Positions 16,101 to 22,144 of a DNA stretch of 24,000 nt are shown piece by piece. The DNA is taken from the NCBI GenBank assembly GCA_031366885.1, contig JANLPB010000098.1:1-24000 (forward strand). The letters run 5' to 3'. The notes under the pieces were generated by a model, which was given only the letters and a program-made list of their open reading frames with translations, did not search any database and was not told where the DNA came from. How positions within the stretch are numbered: the stretch's first letter is position 1; each line of letters opens with the position of its first letter. This DNA comes from Ilumatobacteraceae bacterium (GTDB lineage Bacteria; Actinomycetota; Acidimicrobiia; Acidimicrobiales; Ilumatobacteraceae). The translations under genes were made by a program, and so were the position numbers.

Positions 16101-16783
16101 TCGACTGCAACCCAGGGCTTGTCGTTGAGGGTCGTCCCGGCCAGGCCCGACGCCACAGGAGAGGCGTTCGTGGCCGCGGCAAACGTCTGGCAACCATCCG
16201 TCGAACGGGCGATGCCGATCGATGGATTGGCTCCGGTCGTACCGATTTCGCCGTAGTAAAAGTCGCCGGTAGTGATATGCGCGGCGATGACCGGGTCGCC
16301 GCTCCCGCCAATGCCGTCGAGGTCGGTCCACGTCTGGCCGGTGTTGGCCGACACCGCGTGGCCGGAGAGCCCGCCTGCCGTGAAATCGTTGTATCCGGCG
16401 CACACGACGCTGCCGTTGACGGCGAGCGCTGCCTCACTTTGTGTGGTGTTGTCGGTGGCGAGGTTGTCGTCGGCTGGGTCGTTCACCATCACGTCCGCGC
16501 CGAACACAGGGTCACCCGCGGCATTCGGCTGCTCGGCGGTGCGCGCGGCGGGTGCGGTAGATGTTCCGTTCAACGCGGCCGGCGCGTCGACGAGGCCGGC
16601 CATCTGAAGCAGGAGATGTTCACCGGCAGCCGACGGAGCCTCGTTCGGTGGATACTGGCCAAGAATGTCGCCAACGGGATCTGACTTTGCTTCAGCGCTG
16701 GGCGGGCCGCCGATCATCAGAACTCCCAGTAGAAGCGGCAGCGTAAGGCTTCTCATCGTCCGTTCGAGCTTGGTTCGACGCAT
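13157..16783 (-). CDS. large secreted protein: signal peptide, six-Asp-box (BNR/sialidase-like) beta-propeller and five DUF11 repeat domains
   Basis: 1208 aa.
- SD 'AAGGGGA' lies upstream of the ATG at 16783.
- Signal peptide: '[32 protein letters not shown]'.
- Six Asp-boxes: SANTGQTW (aa 145), STDGCQTF (194), SNDNGATF (265), SVDGGLTF (315), SINGGASW (400), STDGGVTY (459).
- Five repeats of the DUF11 pattern follow, for example '[48 protein letters not shown]'. Confidence 0.9.
   Translation of the reverse strand: [1208 protein letters not shown]
13184..15142 (-). repeat. five tandem ~128-aa DUF11-type domain repeats (protein level) within the 1208-aa gene
   Basis: Approximate repeat boundaries are aa 548-674, 675-804, 805-933, 934-1062 and 1063-1200. 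Each repeat has 'L..(T/S)K' plus 'Y.I.V.N.GPS.A..V.V.D.LP.G..FV', a conserved Cys...Cys pair, and a terminal '(T)PDP..(A/S)NN' motif. The DNA copies have diverged, and I saw no exact nucleotide repeats. Confidence 0.7.
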
Positions 16784-16819
16784 CTCAGTTCCCCTTAGAA
16801 AGTCTGATCCCAGTGAGGT

Positions 16820-17467
16820 TCAGTTCGTGGTGCAATCCATGTTCTCGAGCAGGTCTGCGACCTCGGCTCGTCGTTGTTCCGCCATTTCGATCGTCGTGGT
16901 AACGACGATCGAGATCTCTGCCCGCACGTCACCCATCTGGGTGTAGGCGAGCTGTCGCTCAGGCGCTCCTGGCAGGCTCAGAACCATGCAGGTGCCGTAG
17001 TCAGCCGACTGCCAATCTTTCTGTTCGCGTTGCGTCAGCCATTGCTCGAGGCTGAGATCGTCGGTTCGATTGATGGTGCAAATCTGAACGGCTGCGCGTG
17101 CGAGCGCGGCCGAGCCAGCATCCGATGGAGACGGGTCATCGATGACCTCTGCAGCCATACAATTGTCGGCAGTGCCCTGAAATTCTGTGCCGATAACCGC
17201 AGTGTTCTCGGACGTCCAGCCGGCTGGAACGGAGAACCCAATACCGCCGATCGCGACAAGGGTGGTGACCGCGGCGACGGTTGTGGTTGAGGTTGACGAG
17301 GCGTCAGCGTGCAAGGTTGTGGAGGTGTCGCCCGCTGCGTCAGGCTCGGTGCCCGAGCCGCACTCCACCAGCACCGAGATCGCGGCGAGAGTCCCTGCCG
17401 CACGCATCAACAAGGCGCGTCGTGGCAGTGCGCAGACTACGTTTCGAGCCCCAACCCCACTTCCCAT
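16820..17467 (-). CDS. secreted or membrane-anchored protein of unknown function, Thr/Ser-rich linker
   Basis: Taken from ORF 16820..17518. The ATG at 17467 gives 'MGSGVGARNVVCALPRRALLMRAAGTLAAISVLVECGSG', with an RR-containing n-region, a hydrophobic core and a Cys. This is followed by 'TSTTLHADASSTSTTTVAAVTT' and a globular domain containing 'FSVPAGW'. The gene ends 36 nt upstream of the 1208-aa gene on the same strand, so the two are probably co-transcribed. The start is uncertain (17518, 17467 or 17407). Confidence 0.6.
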   Translation of the reverse strand: MGSGVGARNVVCALPRRALLMRAAGTLAAISVLVECGSGTEPDAAGDTSTTLHADASSTSTTTVAAVTTLVAIGGIGFSVPAGWTSENTAVIGTEFQGTADNCMAAEVIDDPSPSDAGSAALARAAVQICTINRTDDLSLEQWLTQREQKDWQSADYGTCMVLSLPGAPERQLAYTQMGDVRAEISIVVTTTIEMAEQRRAEVADLLENMDCTTN

Positions 17468-17706
17468 CCCACTAAAGTCCCAACTTCCCCCGCGTCGATC
17501 ATGAGCCGCGGGTGGCAAGGAAGCAAGAGGAAGTTCGCGCGGAACACTCAGTGACGGACTGTGCGGTCAGCGTGAGTTGTTAGGGTCAGTTGGCCCTATT
17601 GGCACCCCTCAACTCTGCGCACGATGCGTCCATGAGCCAGGACCGGCAAGGTCCAAGAATCATGGTCTCCGCAGTTGATACCGAGTCCGCGAATGCCGAC
17701 CAGCAG

Positions 17707-18033
17707 ATGATCGCGCGACAGCGTCCGCGGGTTTCACGGCGCGCGCTCACGTTCATCGGCGCGCTTGGCCTCGTTGGGCTGGCGATTGCCGGCTGCGCCT
17801 CGGACTCCAGCAACGCCCTCGGTGGAAAGGGGCCATACGGCGTCGCGCCGCCTGGTGGAAGTGCCGTCAACGGCTTGCTCGACGAGTGGCACGTGCGTGC
17901 CGACGCCAGCAACGTGCACGCCGGCCCGGTTACGTTCACCGTCTCGAACACGGGAACGATCATCCACGAAATGCTCGTGACCCGAACCGACATCGAGCCT
18001 GGCAAGATCCCGTCGCGAAAAGACCCCAGCTGA
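17707..18033 (+). CDS. short lipoprotein with an N-terminal cupredoxin-like segment, possibly a truncated gene
   Basis: Taken from ORF 17590..18033. The ATG at 17707 gives a textbook lipoprotein signal, 'MIARQRPRVSRRALTFIGALGLVGLAIAGCAS'. The mature part, 'EWHVRADASNVHAGPVTFTVSNTGTIIHEMLV', resembles the first strands of a cupredoxin-like domain. The ORF stops before the Cys/His/Met ligand region expected in full-length relatives. Alternative upstream starts are 17590, 17632 and 17662. Confidence 0.45.
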   Translation: MIARQRPRVSRRALTFIGALGLVGLAIAGCASDSSNALGGKGPYGVAPPGGSAVNGLLDEWHVRADASNVHAGPVTFTVSNTGTIIHEMLVTRTDIEPGKIPSRKDPS

Positions 18034-18042
18034 GCTGGGGTC
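18018..18042 (-). terminator. rho-independent terminator of tRNA-Leu
   Basis: The perfect 9-bp stem GACCCCAGC (18022-18030) pairs with GCTGGGGTC (18034-18042) across a 3-nt loop. On the minus strand it is followed by TTTT (18021-18018). It starts 7 nt beyond the tRNA 3' end. The loop is the TGA stop codon of the plus-strand ORF. Confidence 0.55.
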
Positions 18043-18048
18043 TTCAAG

Positions 18049-18131
18049 TGGGCGAGGGGGGACTTGAACCCCCACATCCTTTCGAATACTAGCACCTGAA
18101 GCTAGCGCGTCTGCCATTTCGCCACTCGCCC
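18049..18131 (-). tRNA. tRNA-Leu(CAG): tRNA-Leu (anticodon CAG)
   Basis: The reverse complement folds as a class II tRNA. Acceptor GGGCGAG/CTCGCCC, anticodon stem CTAGC/GCTAG with loop TTCAGGT, a long variable arm, and T-arm GGGGG-TTCAAGT-CCCCC. Discriminator is A and no CCA is encoded. Length 83 nt. Confidence 0.93.
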
Positions 18132-18197
18132 GAGCGGAAGCCACACGCTAGCAAGTTGCTACCCCGCGCCCAACCCGACATTGCACGCGGGTGGGGG

Positions 18198-19049
18198 TCA
18201 GTAGGGGTAGAAGCCCCGCTTGGACTTGCGGCCTAGGTGGCCGGCGGCGACCATTCGGCGCAGGGTGGGCACCGCGGCGTAGTTGGGGTCGGCGAACTCG
18301 GCGTAGAGCGCATCAAGAATTGCGACCGACGTATCCAAGCCGACCAAGTCGAGTAGCGCGAACGGCCCCATCGGGAAGTTGCAGCCGCCCTTCATCGCAG
18401 TGTCGATGCTCTCCATCGAGGCGGTTCCGTGCTCCAACATCCGCACGGCGTTGTTCAGGTACGGGAACAGCAACGCGTTGACGATGAAGCCGGCACGGTC
18501 CTTCACCTCCACGCCGTCCTTGCCGCATGCGGCAGCGAACGCGAGCGCCGCCGCCACGGTCTCGTCGCTGGCGGTGAGGGGGCGCACCACCTCGACCAGC
18601 TTCATCATTGGCGCGGGGTTGAAGAAGTGGATGCCAACGACCTTGTCCGGGCGCTGCGTCACCATCGCCAGCTCCACGACGGGCAGCGTGCTGGTGTTGG
18701 TGGCAAGAATTCCGCTGGGCTTCACGATCTGTTCCAGCTCGGCGAAGAGTCCCTTCTTTGTGGCGAGATCCTCGACCACGCTTTCGATTACTAGGTCGCA
18801 GTCGGCCAGCGCGCCCAGGTGGTCGGTTGCCGTGATGCGGGCCAGCACGTCGGCGCGTTCGCCGTCCGTGGCCTTGCCGCGCTCGATTGCCTTCACGAAA
18901 CCTTTGTCGATGGTGGCGATCATCGCCTTGGCGGCGTCCAGCGAGCGCGAGCGAACGACGACCTCGTACCCGGCTCGCGCCGCCACCTCGGCCAAACCCG
19001 AACCCATGATGCCCGAACCCAAAATGCCGACTCGTTGAATTTCACTCAT
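18198..19049 (-). CDS. 3-hydroxybutyryl-CoA / 3-hydroxyacyl-CoA dehydrogenase (FadB2/Hbd-like)
   Basis: Taken from ORF 18198..19154. The ATG at 19049 gives 'MSEIQRVGILGSGIMGSGLAEVAARAGYEVVV', a Rossmann GxGxxG motif. Also present: 'NTSTLPV', 'GIHFFNPAPMMKLVEV', 'DRAGFIVNALLFPY' and a C-terminal 'GRKSKRGFYPY', all typical of this family. Product is 283 aa. Confidence 0.9.
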   Translation of the reverse strand: MSEIQRVGILGSGIMGSGLAEVAARAGYEVVVRSRSLDAAKAMIATIDKGFVKAIERGKATDGERADVLARITATDHLGALADCDLVIESVVEDLATKKGLFAELEQIVKPSGILATNTSTLPVVELAMVTQRPDKVVGIHFFNPAPMMKLVEVVRPLTASDETVAAALAFAAACGKDGVEVKDRAGFIVNALLFPYLNNAVRMLEHGTASMESIDTAMKGGCNFPMGPFALLDLVGLDTSVAILDALYAEFADPNYAAVPTLRRMVAAGHLGRKSKRGFYPY

Positions 19050-19105
19050 GAGGGGAGAATAGCTACCCGTCGGTAACTTCGGCGAAACGAGTACCTTGGC
19101 AGGCG

Positions 19106-19729
19106 ATGACTGACTTTCACGATGAAGCGCTGCAACCTGATGTGGCCGCCACACTCCGGTTCTTCATGGAGGCCGACCGACTGAAAAGTGTCGAGCGTAA
19201 GAACCACCTTGCCGATGGCAGCCGACGCGAGAACACCGCCGAGCATTCGTGGCACCTCGGTATTGCAGCCATGATCATGGCCCCGTTCGCCAGCGAGCCC
19301 GTCGACATCGCAACCGCGGTGTGCATGGCGTTGGTGCACGACATCGTCGAGATCGACGCCGGCGACACGTTCGCCTACTCGCAAAGTGCCAACGAGTTGG
19401 CCAGCAAGGAAGCCCGCGAGATCGCCGCCGCCGACCGACTGTTTGGACTGCTGCCCGCTGCCGCGGGCCAACGGTTTCGTGCGCTGTGGGACGAATACGA
19501 ACGCGGCGACACGCCCGAGGCTCGTTATGTGATGGCGGTGGACCGGATGGCCCCGATGCTGCTCAACACGGCTGAGGGCGGCACCACATGGCGCGAGCAC
19601 GGCATCACGCGCGAGCGAGTGATCGCGCGCAACGGACCGCATATCGAGCCGGCACTTCCGGCGGTCTGGGCTGCGGCCCTAGCCGGCCTCGACGCGGCGG
19701 CGGCCGCCGGCCACGTGGCAACCGACTGA
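19106..19729 (+). CDS. HD-domain metal-dependent phosphohydrolase (YfbR-like 5'-nucleotidase family)
   Basis: 207 aa. Motifs 'RENTAEHSWHLG' and 'ALVHDIVEIDAGDT' (H...HD...D metal ligands) fit the HD_3/YfbR-like pattern. Confidence 0.85.
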   Translation: MTDFHDEALQPDVAATLRFFMEADRLKSVERKNHLADGSRRENTAEHSWHLGIAAMIMAPFASEPVDIATAVCMALVHDIVEIDAGDTFAYSQSANELASKEAREIAAADRLFGLLPAAAGQRFRALWDEYERGDTPEARYVMAVDRMAPMLLNTAEGGTTWREHGITRERVIARNGPHIEPALPAVWAAALAGLDAAAAAGHVATD

Positions 19730-20223
19730 TGGCTCGTCGCAAGAAGCGGTCCGAGGTGTTCGAACGCACGTCGGCCGGGTACGTCGTCAACCTGGACCGC
19801 GAGGAAATCGATGTGGTCGTGCGCCTGGTCGCCGAGCTGCGCGGGCTGATGTTGGCCGACGATCCGAGCACGGCCGCCCTCACCCGTCGCCTCTTTCCGC
19901 CCGCGTACCACCTCGCCGACGACGCCGAGGCTGACGCCGAATACCAACGACTGATGCGTGAAGAACTGGTTGCCTCGCGCCTAGCCGCGATACAGCAGGT
20001 CGACGAGACCTTGCACTCGAAAACTCCGTTGACGGACGAGGCCATGCACGGACTGCTCCAGTCGCTGAACGCAGTGCGTCTCGTACTGGGCACGCTGCTC
20101 GACGTGGGCGAGGAGCATCACCCCGACGATGTGGACGATGACGACCCGATGGTGGGCGAGCATCACCTGTACCAGTTCCTCAGCTACCTCCTCGAGGTCG
20201 CGGTCCAGGCGATGAGCCAGTAG
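19729..20223 (+). CDS. DUF2017-like protein
   Basis: In frame within ORF 19588..20223. The ATG at 19729 overlaps the HD gene stop (TGATG). The sequence features 'RRLFPPAY', an acidic stretch, 'LTDEAMHGLLQSLNAVRLVLGTLLDV' and a C-terminal 'YQFLSYLLEVAV' match my recollection of actinobacterial DUF2017 proteins. Confidence 0.7.
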   Translation: MARRKKRSEVFERTSAGYVVNLDREEIDVVVRLVAELRGLMLADDPSTAALTRRLFPPAYHLADDAEADAEYQRLMREELVASRLAAIQQVDETLHSKTPLTDEAMHGLLQSLNAVRLVLGTLLDVGEEHHPDDVDDDDPMVGEHHLYQFLSYLLEVAVQAMSQ

Positions 20224-20234
20224 TCGCTGGACAG

Positions 20235-21062
20235 TTACGCGGGGAACATGAAGCAGCCGATGGTGCCCGGCCCGGTGTGCGCACCGATGCTCGGCCCGAT
20301 TCGGTAGCGGATGATTTCAGACACGCTGGCGGTCTCGCCGAGCGCCTCCTCTAGGCCATCCGCGAGTGGCACCGACCCTGCATCACTATGACCTATCGCG
20401 ACGCGCACACGCGTACCCCAACTCAGCGTGTACGCCGCCATCGCGTTGATGGCATCGAGCGTCGTGGCCGCGCGTTGGACGACAGTCACCTGAGCATCGC
20501 GAAACGACATCACCGGCACGCCAGCGCCAGAGAGGTCTACGTCGCGCCCGCGCCCGCCAACATGTAAATAGTTCAGCGCGCCGACCATGAACACGTTCCC
20601 GATCGAAGGTGACAATTGCTCAGCGATCATTGCAGCGTCATCGAGTGACGCACCTTGTTCGATCGCTGCCGCGGCGGCCCACACACAGCAGCTGACCCCG
20701 AAGCTGGCAGTACCCGAATCCACGAGGCGGACCGGCATGGGTACTGAGTGCGCAGCGAGGCGGGCGGCGTTGATGGTGCCCGACATTGCCGAGGTGACGT
20801 GAATGGAGAGGATTTCGGTGCAACCTCGCGCAGCGAGCTCTTCGTACGCGACGGCGAACTGACCAGGGCTCGGCTGGCTGGCGCTCACGTTCGGACAGCC
20901 ACCGCCACGGTAATTCGCGTAGAAATCGTCGGCGTCGATGTCGACACCCTCGAGGTAGTCGACGCCGTCGATGGTTACCGTCAACGGCACAACTTCGATG
21001 CCGTACCGACCAGCCAACGCAGCTGGCAGCTGCGAATTGGAGTCCGTGCAGATGCCAATCAT
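20235..21062 (-). CDS. DegV-family fatty-acid-binding protein
   Basis: 275 aa. 'MIGICTDSNSQLPAALAGRYGIEVVPLTVTIDGVDYLEG...DADDFY' is the typical DegV N-terminus, and the length is appropriate. Confidence 0.88.
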   Translation of the reverse strand: MIGICTDSNSQLPAALAGRYGIEVVPLTVTIDGVDYLEGVDIDADDFYANYRGGGCPNVSASQPSPGQFAVAYEELAARGCTEILSIHVTSAMSGTINAARLAAHSVPMPVRLVDSGTASFGVSCCVWAAAAAIEQGASLDDAAMIAEQLSPSIGNVFMVGALNYLHVGGRGRDVDLSGAGVPVMSFRDAQVTVVQRAATTLDAINAMAAYTLSWGTRVRVAIGHSDAGSVPLADGLEEALGETASVSEIIRYRIGPSIGAHTGPGTIGCFMFPA

Positions 21063-21165
21063 GGCGGAACCCTACGCAGCGCAGGTAAGGGCAGGGTTGC
21101 AATCGTGGGTCGAAATCGGAACTTGACCGGGGCTTGATGTGTCCGCTGCCGAAGCTGTTTGCAGT

Positions 21166-21594
21166 TCAGCTTTCGCCCAACGCGAACAGCCACTCGGGCA
21201 TTCGCACCGGTCGACCGGCAGCGTTGACGCAGCCATGGACGGTGACGGCGGTGGCGCGAACTTCTCCATCGACCGTCAACAGGTACGCCATCTGAAAGGT
21301 GGCGCGGGTGGCTGCACCCGCCCGCAGATTGACAGTCACCACTTCGTCAAAGCGCAGCGGTCGGCGGTACTGCACGAATGCCTCCAGCACCGCGTAGTCC
21401 ACTCCCTGAGCGCGCAGTTCCGTGTACGGGTGGCCTAGCGCGCGCAGGTATTCGACGCGGGCTTCCTCCAGATACGGGAGGTAGCGGCCGTGGTGGACGA
21501 TGCCCATCGCGTCGGTTTCGGCGAAACGCACCCGCAACTGATGCTGGTACGCATAGTCGGCCGGGCTGAGCGATGGTTCGAGTTCAAGGCGCAC
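21166..21594 (-). CDS. acyl-CoA thioesterase, 4HBT/YbgC hotdog family
   Basis: 142 aa. 'LRVRFAETDAMGIVHHGRYLPYLEEARVEYLRALG' is the characteristic catalytic-Asp region of YbgC-like thioesterases. The start is GTG at 21594. Confidence 0.85.
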   Translation of the reverse strand: MRLELEPSLSPADYAYQHQLRVRFAETDAMGIVHHGRYLPYLEEARVEYLRALGHPYTELRAQGVDYAVLEAFVQYRRPLRFDEVVTVNLRAGAATRATFQMAYLLTVDGEVRATAVTVHGCVNAAGRPVRMPEWLFALGES

Positions 21595-21691
21595 CGTGAC
21601 ACCGTAACGCGCCCGAAATCGCGCAAACGGCTAGCGGAAAACTGATGGCCTGCTGATAATGTTGCCACGCTCTCAACCGGAAGCAGACCTA

Positions 21692-21764
21692 GCCCCCATC
21701 GTCTAGTGGCCTAGGACACCACCCTTTCAAGGTGGCGGCACGGGTTCGAATCCCGTTGGGGGTG
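21692..21764 (+). tRNA. tRNA-Glu(UUC): tRNA-Glu (anticodon TTC)
   Basis: Cloverleaf: acceptor GCCCCCA/TGGGGGT, anticodon stem CCACC/GGTGG with loop CTTTCAA, and T-arm ACGGG-TTCGAAT-CCCGT. Length 73 nt, no CCA encoded. Confidence 0.93.
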
Positions 21765-21817
21765 CTCAGCGTTTTAGGTAACAGTTTTTCAAGTACAGAC
21801 CAGCTGGTCAACAGCCT

Positions 21818-21890
21818 GGTCCCGTGGTGAAGTGGAGTTCACGCCGGCCTGTCAAGCCGGAGGTCGCGGGTTCGAACCCCGTCGGGACCG
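21818..21890 (+). tRNA. tRNA-Asp(GUC): tRNA-Asp (anticodon GTC)
   Basis: Cloverleaf: acceptor GGTCCCG/CGGGACC, anticodon stem CCGGC/GCCGG with loop CTGTCAA, and T-arm GCGGG-TTCGAAC-CCCGT. Length 73 nt. Confidence 0.93.
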
Positions 21891-21935
21891 CTCGGGCGCA
21901 AGCCCGTTCGGATGCTACGAAAGTGGCACACATAC

Positions 21936-22008
21936 GGTCGAGTAGCTCAGTCGGCAGAGCATACGCCTGAAAAGCGTAGGGTCACCGGATCGACGCCGGT
22001 CTCGACCA
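21936..22008 (+). tRNA. tRNA-Phe(GAA): tRNA-Phe (anticodon GAA)
   Basis: Cloverleaf: acceptor GGTCGAG/CTCGACC, D-arm GCTC-AGTCGGCA-GAGC, anticodon stem TACGC/GCGTA with loop CTGAAAA (GAA at 21969-21971), and T-arm ACCGG-ATCGACG-CCGGT. The T-loop is non-canonical. Length 73 nt. Confidence 0.85.
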
Positions 22009-22016
22009 CTGGCAAG

Positions 22017-22044
22017 CCCCCTACCAGGGGGTTTGTCTGTTTTT
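22017..22044 (+). terminator. rho-independent terminator of the tRNA Glu-Asp-Phe cluster
   Basis: Stem CCCCCT (22017-22022), loop ACC, stem AGGGGG (22026-22031), followed by the T-rich tract TTTGTCTGTTTTT (22032-22044). Confidence 0.7.
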
Positions 22045-22144
22045 GGGCAATCCTGCGCAGCTCAGTGGTACGGCGTGACCTTCCGCTTACGGCGCGGCCG
22101 GCAACCAACGTGCCTCCCTCGGTGGCCGCCGCCGAGCGGGACGG

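Noticed and set aside
13157-18048. Genomic island integrated at the 3' end of tRNA-Leu, carrying the large secreted protein genes.
   Set aside because: The region contains no integrase, recombinase or other mobility gene. Scanning by eye found no direct repeat of the tRNA 3' end, and no obvious compositional shift. Only the possibly truncated lipoprotein hints at rearrangement, and that is reported separately.
17586-18144. Minus-strand ORFs 17586..18095 and 17734..18144 overlapping tRNA-Leu.
   Set aside because: They read through the tRNA gene and its terminator and are antisense to the lipoprotein ORF. No motifs are present.
21632-21660. Candidate promoter for the tRNA cluster (GATAAT at 21655-21660, 31 nt upstream of tRNA-Glu).
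   Set aside because: The -10-like hexamer is reasonable, but I cannot find a convincing -35 element. Without transcription start-site data this is too weak to list as a feature.
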